Below, piece by piece: positions 46,468 through 57,047 of a stretch of 64,000 nt of DNA. The translations under genes were made by a program, and so were the position numbers. Where the stretch lies: NCBI GenBank assembly GCA_000004985.1, contig GG738863.1. One strand, given 5' to 3'. The notes beneath the pieces are model-generated. The model was not told the DNA's origin. It made no database searches and was given only the letters and a program-made list of their open reading frames with translations. Within the stretch, counting starts at the first letter, position 1. Each line of letters opens with the position of its first letter. The DNA is from Naegleria gruberi (lineage: Eukaryota).

Positions 46468-48345
46468 ATGAAACAAGCAAGAAAGCTTTTACGTGAGAAG
46501 GAAGAGAAGGCTCTTGCTGAAAAGTTGAAGAAGATCGAGGATGAAGAAGATTCCTATGTTGACAATAGGAGAAATAATTCCTCTTTTAACGCCTTTTCTT
46601 ACTTGGAAGAAGAGGAAAATGTGGATGAAATGTACGGAGAAGATGTTTTGGACATGATTGATCAACAAGAAAAATCATCACAAAATGATGAAGAAGAAAT
46701 TACATCATACGTCAACACAGCAAAGCCAAATAATAAGAAGAACAAGAAAAAGAAGAAGAATGCCAAAAAGAAGGAAGATACACTTACTGATGAGGAATTT
46801 TTACAACAACAAATTCAACAAATGGGTTTGGATGAAGGTGGAAGTGCAACTGAAGGTTCTGCTACAACTTCCTCTGCAAGCCACAATGTTTATGACTTAT
46901 TTGAAATTTCCGATGTGAAATCTTTAAATCCAGAAAATGAATTCAAGAGAATTTTCGGAAGTGAAGCCATTTCTCAAACCAATGCCGCTGTGAGTGCTAA
47001 CTATGAAGAAAGTTTACCACGTGTACTCAGAAACAATCCACACTATGTCGGAAAGAGATCTGTAGTTATTGGTAAAAAGAAGAATGAAACCATCTTGAAT
47101 TTATTCGTCTCGGCCAAACCACATTGGCCTCATTATAGAACTCTCTACATGACCACTCAACTCAAAAGCACCAAACCAAATAATGTCGAAGTTTATGAAG
47201 TTGTTGAACAAAAAACTGTAACAGGAGGCACAACAGGTCTATATGCTCAAATTCAAGAGCAATACGAAAGAGCTCTACAAAGTGGAGATCCAAACAGCTT
47301 TATCTATATTTTACAACAAGTCCATCCATATCACGTTCACACCTTGTTGCAAATGAGTGAAGTTTTCAGAACCATGCAAGGAGAAAACGATCAAGCCCAA
47401 GATCTCAATGAAAGAGCCCTCTTTGCCATTCAACATATTTTGAACAATCAACAATTTGTAAATGGATTGGTGAAGGGTACATCTAGATTGGACTCGAGTC
47501 AAGAAATGTCCAAAGCAATCTACTTGTCCATTCTGAGTAGATTGCATGCTCTTGCTAGAAGTGGTGCCCACAACACTGCTTTTGATTTATCCAGAGTACT
47601 TCTTTCTCTTTCATGTGACTCTAGTAATCCTTCTCTCAATATTGCTGATCCAACCCACGTTCTCCTATTTATTGACTATTATGCCATTAGAATTCGTAAA
47701 TTTAGATTTGTCTATCACGACCTTGTTGAGAACTTTATTTTGAAACACCAAGAAGAATTACAATACCTACCAAACTTGATGTATAACAGAGCTTTGAGTT
47801 TGTGGCAAGATAATCACCTCTCTGAAGCTAATGATATACTCCAGAGAGCTCTTAAAATATGGCCAATGGTTGTTGTTGGCTTATTGACAGAAACCAAGAC
47901 ATCAAGATTTAGTGAATTCGAATCCAGAATGAGAAATACCTTCTTTACCAACAAGATTTGTTCCTCCCCAATATTTTCTAAACTCATTTCTGCATACGTA
48001 CGAAGGAATGTTGAATTTTGGAAGAATGATGATGTGTTGGATTGGCTCAAGTATAATATTGAGGAAATTTTGGACAATGGTGGTTCAAGCGATGATGATC
48101 TTCGTCAAAGCTGTTATTCACATCCAGTATTCTCCACCAATTATAGTGTTATTTATGAAAAGGAGGTTTTGGGAGAAGTCTTACCAGATCTCAACCAAAA
48201 CAACAACCAACCAACAAGAAGTAATGCTGGAAGAAACCCATTCCTCTACTTTTTAGAATCACTCATGCCATGGAGTGGAGGTGGTGTTAATTTAAATCAA
48301 TTCTTCGGTGCAGGCAATGATGACGAAGAAGATGATATCGAATAA
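46468..48345 (+). CDS. TCF25/Nulp1 (Rqc1-like) family protein
   Basis: Single exon, 625 aa. A basic K-rich N-terminus is followed by conserved blocks LNPENEFKRIFGSEAI, KPHWPHY and VHPYHVHTLLQMSEVFRTMQGENDQAQDLNERALFAIQH, which match the TCF25 core. Stop is TAA. Confidence 0.75.
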   Translation: MKQARKLLREKEEKALAEKLKKIEDEEDSYVDNRRNNSSFNAFSYLEEEENVDEMYGEDVLDMIDQQEKSSQNDEEEITSYVNTAKPNNKKNKKKKKNAKKKEDTLTDEEFLQQQIQQMGLDEGGSATEGSATTSSASHNVYDLFEISDVKSLNPENEFKRIFGSEAISQTNAAVSANYEESLPRVLRNNPHYVGKRSVVIGKKKNETILNLFVSAKPHWPHYRTLYMTTQLKSTKPNNVEVYEVVEQKTVTGGTTGLYAQIQEQYERALQSGDPNSFIYILQQVHPYHVHTLLQMSEVFRTMQGENDQAQDLNERALFAIQHILNNQQFVNGLVKGTSRLDSSQEMSKAIYLSILSRLHALARSGAHNTAFDLSRVLLSLSCDSSNPSLNIADPTHVLLFIDYYAIRIRKFRFVYHDLVENFILKHQEELQYLPNLMYNRALSLWQDNHLSEANDILQRALKIWPMVVVGLLTETKTSRFSEFESRMRNTFFTNKICSSPIFSKLISAYVRRNVEFWKNDDVLDWLKYNIEEILDNGGSSDDDLRQSCYSHPVFSTNYSVIYEKEVLGEVLPDLNQNNNQPTRSNAGRNPFLYFLESLMPWSGGGVNLNQFFGAGNDDEEDDIE

Positions 48346-48380
48346 AACTTTTTGAATCGAAAGGCTTCAGAGAATTCTAC

Positions 48381-48388
48381 TTCGCGCC
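48381..48388. promoter_or_regulatory. E2F-like motif TTCGCGCC upstream of gene 48474
   Basis: TTTSGCGC-type site in a 5' intergenic region. Confidence 0.2.
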
Positions 48389-48473
48389 ATTGGTCGAACT
48401 CAAACTTTAAAAAAACTGCCCAACACTTTCCATTTTTTCTTCTCATTCAAATTTTTCTTGTGACCAGCTTTGT

Positions 48474-49997
48474 ATGCAAACAATAACAACCCCTGCCATT
48501 AGATCCGAACCTCGGACTACATCACAACAAAAGCCTTGTACAGATATTGTTGTTTCTTGTTCTAAAGTTGAAGCAATTTTACGCGAAAATTTCAACCAGG
48601 TTTTTGAACATATTGATGATGAATGTAAGGAAAATTAATTATTATAATACTCATGATTCAATTATTATCATCACATGTTGGTTAAAAATAATATTTCGGA
48701 TGAAACATCAGATGAAAAGTATTTAAATTCAATGAGGAATGTGCTTGAACTAGTACTATCAAATAATTCAATCAAAACAATTTCTGCCAGTTTCAAGAAG
48801 GTGTGGTATCAATTACTTTTAAAATCGACTAGTGACCATGAAGTTTGTGGACTCTACAAAATTTTGTGTTGGATTTTAACGTACACAAAATCAAATCAAC
48901 AACTTGCTGAATTCCACAAATCTTTGATTGCTGACTTTCACCCAGATTTTTATAATACCACCTCTCGATATGTTAAACAAATAGGTTCTGATAGGTGGAG
49001 GAGCTTTAATGATGACCAATATGAAGTAATACTCATGTTGGATGGTAAAGTACCAAGTCAAACCTCCAATGTAAAATTGAAACAAACACCAATTAAAAGT
49101 GAGTCAAATAAGGCAAAGGAGGAACCCCCAAAATCTCAACAGGATCCATCTAAGGTAAAGAATGAAAAAGTGTCATCAAATTACACAAATGACACACCTC
49201 AACCATCTCACACAAATAGAATGCCAAGCCTCAAAGCAGCACTTGCTCAAAGTTCAACTGTAAAACCAGAAAAAACAGCAGCTCCCTCTAAATCTCAACC
49301 ATCTAAAGTGGAAAATTTAAAACAAGAAAAGATGATACCTCCAAAAACAAGTATTCCACAAGTTAAACCTGAAAAAACAGTTCAAAAAGAAAGTATTCCA
49401 CAAGTCAAACCTGAAAAAGTAGCACAATCTAAACAAGTTTCTAAACCAAACAATATAGAAACTAATACTTCAAAAATCCCACTCAAGTCTGAACGGCTTA
49501 ATAATTCTACAATGTCTTCACCATCAAAACCTAAAATCAAACCTGCAACTCCAAGGAAAGTATTGACCACCCCTCCAATTCAAAACACTCAACCAATACC
49601 CACCAATAGAACTCCTGTTAAGCAAACTTCAGTGACAAAGCCTCGAATGATGTCGGCCTTTTCACAAGATGAAGAATCTCCAACTACCAAAAAGCGAGAA
49701 AGAAAATGGAGAAAGGAACACAATGAAAAATTAATGGATTACCTTTCTAACCGTCCTCATTTGGCCAATAATTCCTTCTTTGAAAGTGACAAATTAATGC
49801 AACAGTTCATAGAATCGTATGACTTTGCTGTTCCTTTATCAATACCAACCTTAGCAAAGAGAAAATACAAATACGATCAATTCTTCAACGCTATCATGCA
49901 AGCTACTCAAACAGTTATCAAAGCTGAAAAGGCAAACACTAACAAGAGAAAAGATCCACCTTCAAGCTCCTCCACTGCAAAAAGACACAAAATGTAG
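48474..49997 (+). CDS. hypothetical P/K/S-rich protein with imperfect (I/V)PQVKPEK(T/V) repeats
   Basis: An ATG at 48474 opens an exon that reaches a GTAAGG donor at about 48627. The acceptor ...CATCAG at about 48718 continues in frame into ORF 48675..49997 (internal ATG 48675 is an alternative start). Stop is TAG. Confidence 0.45.
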
Positions 49998-50050
49998 ATT
50001 TTCAGATAATCATTGAACAGTGAAAAGTTAGTGGATTTATTTTGGACATA

Positions 50051-51060
50051 TTAAACAAGGTTGGCAGGAAGTGGAATATTAGGAATCACAATATTATCAT
50101 CTTGTTGATTAGGGAAGACAGTATCGTGCGAAATTGGAGTTGGAGAAACAGCTTGAGGAACGAATACTCTTGGGATACGTGGGACATTATCATCGATAGG
50201 AGTTGGTTGAGGAAGTACAATTTGAGCATACTCAACTGGATCAATTTTTGGTTGTTCATACCGTATGGGTTCTTCATAAGCAGGTGCAAGAGGCTCCTGT
50301 TTATCATAAACATTGGTTTCTTGTTGCTTTGGATTGTCTTGCTTGAGATTAATTTGATTAGTTGTTTCTACGTGGACTTGGATTGGATCAACTTGTTCTA
50401 TATCATCATAGTCATTGTGATGATATTGAACTGCAGTGTCCTCGTTCTTTGCCTCTTGCTTAGCATTTGTTGATGCTGTAGTTGTTGCTACTTGGGTATT
50501 AGTGGCATTGTAATTATAATTATAATTTTGGATTGGTTGTTGATTGGTGGCAGTGTGGTGATGAGGAGTAGTTTCTGATTCGCTAGCTGGTTTTCCACAA
50601 TCAAGTTTTGAAATGGCATCCTTAATATTCTTAATAAATCTAATTGCCAAATATCCGATTTCACGAATAGTTTCAAAGAAAGTGTTTACCATCAATGGAA
50701 TTGTAATTCTTTGTCTTTTAGATCTGAGTTTGTGTAAATAGAAAGATCCAAAGAATGCCAAAATTAGACCTGCAGCAATGCATCCAATAATAATTCCAAT
50801 GATATCACCTTNNNNNNNNNNNNNNNNNNNNNNNNNNNNNNNNNNNNNNNNNNNNNNNNNNNNNNNNNNNNNNNNNNNNNNNNNNNNNNNNNNNNNNNNN
50901 NNNNNNNNNNNNNNNNNNNNNNNNNNNNNNNNNNNNNNNNNNNNNNNNNNNNNNNNNNNNNNNNNNNNNNNNNNNNNACCCAGGCATCATTCACTGTCGA
51001 TTGTAGAGTTTCATTGCATTTGAAATGTGAGAAGAGAGAACATCATTAGTTATCACTGTT
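50051..51060 (-). CDS. single-pass membrane protein with a Y/N/Q/P-rich cytoplasmic tail, interrupted by a gap
   Basis: The TM helix IIGIIIGCIAAGLILAFFGSF is followed by the basic stop-transfer KLRSKRQR. The ectodomain part is lost in gap 50812-50977. Stop is TAA. Confidence 0.35.
50812..50977. other. assembly gap (N run)
   Basis: 166 N. Confidence 1.
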
Positions 51061-51091
51061 GCAAAAATTCTGTGTCTTGAGAACAATGAAT

Positions 51092-52026
51092 TTATTGTGA
51101 AAGTTCATTAAGGTAGGGAAAGACATACTTGTGGAATGGCTGATGTCTTTTGAGGTAATCTAATGGAGTTTCTCCATTGATATCTTTTGCTTGAACGTCG
51201 ACATTGTATTTGAGGAGGAGAGGAATGAGACACCATCTTGTGGCTATCATGCAGATTTGATGGAGAGGAGTGATTCCTTCATTGTCAGCAATATGAATCA
51301 AGAGAGGCTGTTTTTCAATAATGGTAACAATTGAATCACTGGTAATTCTTTGATTTTCAATTGCAAAATGGAGTGCAGTGGCTGATAGAATCTTTGTTGA
51401 TTTGACTTTTAGCGATTTTTCCAACAAGCTCTCAGGAGGTAAATAATTCAGAATGTATGAGAATGCAACACCATCCATACCATCACACATGATATTTACC
51501 AAGTTTGTTTGGAAATGTTGATCAGCATAGAAACCGTATTGGAAAGGTTTGAATAATTCAACCTTCTCCTCAGGAGAGCAGTGTTCGCAAAGGAAGGCCA
51601 TTAATCTACAATTCTTATTGGTATTAATAATGGTGGCCAGGTTTGTTTTCAATTTTGGAATATCTAATTTACACAGATTTTGTTTTAATAAACGTGACCA
51701 GTGATCCAACAATACTTGTCCAAAATCAGGTCCCAAACATGAGAAAATTTGTACTACTTGGTTTGAGATATCCCACCCACTATGAATTAATAGAGCTACA
51801 TTTTTCTCTGATAAATTTTGGGTACTACTCAAGAAAAGCTCACCATTATGATAAGTATTACAGAGATAGATAAAATATTGTAATATAGCAAACTTTCTAG
51901 GAGTAGAAACAAAATTGGCCAATTGGTCATCGATATTTAAAACTACATGAAATAAGATATCGCTAAGAATAAATACTTACTGGCTGGAGGATATCTGGTG
52001 AGGACAAAAGTGGCAATATCTTTCAT
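51092..52026 (-). CDS. ankyrin-repeat protein
   Basis: Structure is join(51981..52026, 51092..51942). A 38-nt GTAAGT...TAG intron joins MKDIATFVLTRYPPA to ...LNIDDQLANFVS.... Ankyrin repeats are near the C-terminus (GITPLHQICMIA...NGETPLDYL). Stop is TAA. Confidence 0.55.
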
Positions 52027-52192
52027 AGTTTCAATAGAGCATTGGCCTTCATTGGAAACAATACTGAATAATCCTTTTGTTGAATACCATGGATTGTTAG
52101 ACTTTTGGATATCTGACATGTTGATTGAAGAAATATAAATGCTACGCTCTGATGTTGGGATATCTTGCACTTTTTCTGAATTTACATAGATA

Positions 52193-53578
52193 TTATGATT
52201 TGGAAAGGTTGCAAACAATATAGGCAATCTCTGTTGTGTCCACAATCACCTTAAGGAATATGGTTTTCACACTTGAAAGCTTTGCCAACATTGCAAAAGT
52301 ATTACCAATCACTGAAAGTCTTTCGAAATAGGTAACTGTAACACTCTCCAAACTTTCCAGAGTTTCTTCGTGAACATAATTAATAAAGAACATCATATTT
52401 CTGCCTCCCTCATACATATCATAACATTCCATTTCTAATCTTTCAATCTTGTTCAATTTGGAAACAATTTCAGCTAAGAGGAGTGGGCTACTCATATCTG
52501 AAACGCAAATTTTGAGGGCTTTTACATAATCATTCATATTATCATTTGTCATTTCAGCCATTTCAAGTTCTTCATCTGTATCCTCGTCCATATTCTGAAA
52601 AGTTTGGCACACTTCATAGTAGGATAGTGCCGAGTGTATCTCTCTTCTTGTAGTGCTTTGGGTTCCTTCCAATGTTTTCCATGTACTTACTGGTGAAGAT
52701 TCCTTTTTGAATTTAGGTTTGAAATTCCCTACTGTTGTATACAACTCTTCAACAAGATTCTTCTCAATGGCCTCTAGTTCATCTAAATTCATTGAATTTA
52801 AATCAATTTTATCATCAACAGATGTTGTATCATTTTGAGTATCTGAATCATCTTGCATTTCTCTAAATTCAGGATAGATTGGATCCTTAAGTGGTTTCTG
52901 TGTGTCTGGTGTTGGAAGGTTGAAGAATTTATAATCAGTACTCTTTTCATCCAAATACTTATTCTGCATTTCTAATAAATATTTAATGACCTTCACTCTA
53001 TACGAATATAATATAGGAGAAATAGAGTTGAGGAAAACTGTAAGATCAAGAGTTTCATCCTTCATTCTTTTAAACATTGATTGTTCTAAATGATTTCTTA
53101 CCGATTGTGAAACCAATCGATGTTTGATGTATGTGAAAAACCATGGATCCCTTACGGAGATGGTTTTTCTAATAGCACCTCTCTTATCATAATATGTAGC
53201 TCCACCATAAACATTAGAGTAGGTTGGAATGAAGGAAATAATTTCAATCTTCACATCCAGTGGCAAAACTGTCAATGTTGATGCCGTAATATTTTGATCA
53301 TCAGCATTATTATTGACAGAAGAATGATTTTGTAAAAGATCCTTCAATATCCACAATCTTGCTACCTTCAAACAATCTCTGTACGGAGAGAATTTAGTTT
53401 GAATATCAAGCTTATCCTCCTGAACAACATTTTGCAAGGAATTCTTCATGGTGGCCATGCAATTTCTTTGGATGAGCTTTTCCATCAATTCTCTATTCTC
53501 CTGAATACCTAGCAAATTATGCCTTGGTGTGCCTGGTCCTCCTGTTGACTTTCTAGCTGTCTGTCTTGTTCTTGCCAT
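52193..53578 (-). CDS. protein of unknown function whose N-terminus copies the histone H3 tail (MARTRQTARKSTGG...)
   Basis: ATG in aaaaaaATGg context. Residues 2-14 (ARTRQTARKSTGG) match H3 (ARTKQTARKSTGG) except for K4R. The remaining ~445 aa show no histone fold. Stop is TAA. Confidence 0.55.
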   Translation of the reverse strand: MARTRQTARKSTGGPGTPRHNLLGIQENRELMEKLIQRNCMATMKNSLQNVVQEDKLDIQTKFSPYRDCLKVARLWILKDLLQNHSSVNNNADDQNITASTLTVLPLDVKIEIISFIPTYSNVYGGATYYDKRGAIRKTISVRDPWFFTYIKHRLVSQSVRNHLEQSMFKRMKDETLDLTVFLNSISPILYSYRVKVIKYLLEMQNKYLDEKSTDYKFFNLPTPDTQKPLKDPIYPEFREMQDDSDTQNDTTSVDDKIDLNSMNLDELEAIEKNLVEELYTTVGNFKPKFKKESSPVSTWKTLEGTQSTTRREIHSALSYYEVCQTFQNMDEDTDEELEMAEMTNDNMNDYVKALKICVSDMSSPLLLAEIVSKLNKIERLEMECYDMYEGGRNMMFFINYVHEETLESLESVTVTYFERLSVIGNTFAMLAKLSSVKTIFLKVIVDTTEIAYIVCNLSKS

Positions 53579-53906
53579 TTTTTTCAAAGTGAATAATCAG
53601 CAACAAGGTAATGATGACTACATTTTTTGATATTAATTTTTTGTAGTGTTACGATTTTTTTCGTTTCCTCCAATACCTTGAAATTCTTACCTTGAAACAA
53701 TATATTAAATAATATTGTTAATATTTAATTGAAGAAAAGAAAACCTTACAAGAAGAATCATCATTTTGAACTTAAATTTAGAAGAGTGATGCTCCTTCCA
53801 TTTATCTTCTATTGGTAAGTCATTAAAAGAAAAAGCCTCCATTAGCAGAATCCTCACAAAATTCACATTAAAAAATGTACAATACCCAACAACAATCTTC
53901 CCCGCA

Positions 53907-56439
53907 ACAACCAAGACTTTCATCAAAGGTTGAATTGCACATTTCATGCAGAGGATTGAAGAATGTGAGTTGTTTATGTGAAGATTTGCAATTTAATAAT
54001 TATTCGTTAATTTGTGATGATTTTGTTGATTTTATTAAATGATCATCTAATGATGATTTTATTAAATAAGATGGATTTACTTTCAAAGTCAGATCCAAAG
54101 GTTTTAGTTTATGCAGGATTTCCTCCGAATAATCCACAATACGTAAGTAAATAATTAGAAATTTCTAGAAATATTATTGGAAAGGCTTGGAAATTATTGG
54201 GCGAAACTGAATGCATCAAGGATAATTTAAATCCAAACTTTTCAACTACTTTTACAGTTGAATATTGTTTTGAAGAACTTCAACACTTGAAATTCTGTGT
54301 CTATGATATTGATAATAATACTGCCACATTATCGGATGATGATTTTATTGGAGAGACAACTACAACACTAGGTGAGTATTGAAATCTTAAGAGTTTAGAT
54401 ACCAATTTATTGAATTAAAATACAGGTGAAATTTGTGGAGCTAAAGGACAAAAATTAATTAAACATCTCTATGCCAAGGGTTCAAAGGTTTCAAGAGGTA
54501 CCATCATTGTAACTGCCGAGGAAGTTAATTCAAATGCCACTGATGATGTGGAAATTGCCTTGGCAGGTGTTACACTTCCAAAGGTATGTGTTAAATAATT
54601 TCACAGAAACTTATTCTACAATTTATTATTTAATCTTACAATAGATGGATTTTTTTGGAAAGGCAGATCCAGTACGTAATTAGTTATTAGCAGATTTATC
54701 TAACATTTGTCAAGTTTTATGTTGTACAAAAAGCATCTGAAAGTGGTCAATTCCTTTCAGTTTATCAATCTGAAACCATCATGAATAATTTAAATCCAAT
54801 TTGGAAGCCAATGCGAATTTCTTGTGCCAAATTGTGTAATGGAGATTATCATAGAAGTTTGAAAATTTCTGTATACGATTGGAATAAGCACTCTGCTCCA
54901 GATTTTATCGGAGAGGTTGAAACTAATTTGGATGCTCTTCTTAAGGCTAGTGTTTCTCTTAAACTACAAAATCCAGCAAAGAAAAAGGGAAATCATGGCG
55001 ATCTTATTGTCAAGTCCTCCAAGATTACTAAAAATCCAACCTTCTTGGAATTTTTGGCAGGTGGAATGAAAATGAACATGTTGGTTGCAGTTGACTTTAC
55101 TGCTTCAAATGGTCAACCAGAATTACCTCAATCTTTGCACTACAATAGACAAGGACAAATGAACCAATACGAACAAGCTATTAGATCTGTTGGACAAATT
55201 ATTTCTGACTATGATAGCGACAAATTGTTCCCATCTTTTGGTTATGGAGGATATTTACCAAATGGTATTACATCACACTGCTTTGCTTTGAATGGTAATC
55301 CACAAAAACCAGAATGTTTTCAAGTTGACGGAATTCTTCAAAGTTATAGACAAGCACTGTATACCGTAAAACTTTCAGGACCAACTCATTTTGCTCAAAT
55401 TATCAAAACAGCCTGTCAATATGCTTCTGTTCCAATAAGTCAATCAAACCAAGAATATTTTGTCTTGCTCATTTGTACTGATGGTATGATTAATGATATG
55501 CAGGAAACTATTGATCAAATAATTGAAGGATCAGGACTCCCACTTTCAATTATTATTGTTGGTGTTGGTGCAGCTGATTTCAGCTCTATGGAAACACTGG
55601 ATGGCGATAATGCTGCCCTCAGATCTGGCCGTACTGGAAGAACAGCTCTTCGTGATATTGTCCAATTTGTACCATTTAACAAATTTGCATCAATGCCATT
55701 TACTGCTCTCAGTAAGGAAGTTCTTGCTGAAATTCCAACCCAAGTAACTCAATTCATGAAAATGAAAAATTTAATGCCAAACCAAAGAGTAGTTATTCAG
55801 GAATATGTTCCACCTGAACCAAGCACTCCATCCACCACAACTACTCAAATGTATCCAAGCAATGATCCACCAAGAGAAAGAAGTATGTCAGAAAGTTTCA
55901 ATCCAAATACTTCCAATTCCAATCTTAATTCCATTCCAAACCAAGTTCCACAACAAGGTATTCCACAACAACAAGTTCCACCAACTTATGGAGTTCCTCC
56001 TCAACAAGGTGGTTATCCACAACAGGGTTATCCTCAACAACCAACTGGTCAACCTCAACAATATCCTCAACAACAAGGTGGTTATCCAATGCAACCTCAA
56101 CAATTTGGTGGATATCCTCAACAGCCTGTTGGTGGACAACCTCAACAATTTGGTCAACAAGTTCCACCTCAACAATATGGCCAAATCCCTCCTCAACAAT
56201 ACAGTCAAGTCCCTCCACAACAAGGTTACCCACAACAAGGTGGATATCCACAACAGGGTTATCCTCAACAACCAACTGGTCAACCTCAACAATTTGGTCA
56301 ACAAGTCCCTCCACAACAATATGGCCAAATCCCTCCTCAACAATACAGTCAAGTCCCTCCACAACAAGGCTATCCTCAACAAGTCCCACGTAATCCTCAA
56401 CAACCTGAAAATCCAACCATCCCTCAATACAAAATTTAA
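53907..56439 (+). CDS. copine (two C2 domains plus a vWA domain) with a long Q/P/Y-rich C-terminal tail
   Basis: Six exons are joined by short GT-AG introns (about 53997-54070, 54145-54186, 54367-54423, 54582-54642, 54671-54767). C2 motifs are [34 protein letters not shown] and NNLNPIWKP. The vWA block is [13 protein letters not shown]. Stop is TAA. Confidence 0.8.
56011..56400 (+). repeat. tandem duplication (~231-bp unit repeated about 1.7 times) encoding the [39 protein letters not shown] tail of the copine
   Basis: 56011-56241 and 56242-56400 are near-identical at the nucleotide level. Confidence 0.55.
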
Positions 56440-57047
56440 TTTATTGTACTTTATTTACCAATTCCTTTCATTTCTATCGAATACATATGTCAATTTGAAC
56501 CAATTTATGTACTGCAATAAAATCAGCTTTGATTCAAACATAGAAATAAAGAAAGGTTTCACCTGTCTGTTGATTACTAGTGATACAATGCACCAAATAT
56601 GATGATTGCTTCAAGCCGCTCCAATATTTTTTTGATGAACTTTTAAATCTCCATTTGAACTTGTTCAATGTAATTTTCATTAAGGAGTGCCAAGCTATTT
56701 ATTCATGTATAATACCTCAACTAAGTGTAAGACAAATCACTAGTAGGATATTGTTTTTCTTGAATACTATTTTGATAATATTATCATCATATAATTAATC
56801 TCAAAATTTGTCTTGTTTCCATATAGGGCAATAAATACTCTTAGTGGAGTGGTTTGATTAATTATACATCCTAAAAATTATAAAATCTCCTATTAAGGAC
56901 GTTTTTTCAGTTAATTTCTATCTTCACTTTGCGCAACAAGCACCATTATTTAATAACCCTCTCAAATAAATTAGATCTATAAATTCAACCACCACTCGCA
57001 GAGTATTTGTGTTCAATGATTACGGAAAAGTTTTTAAACAAACGAAG

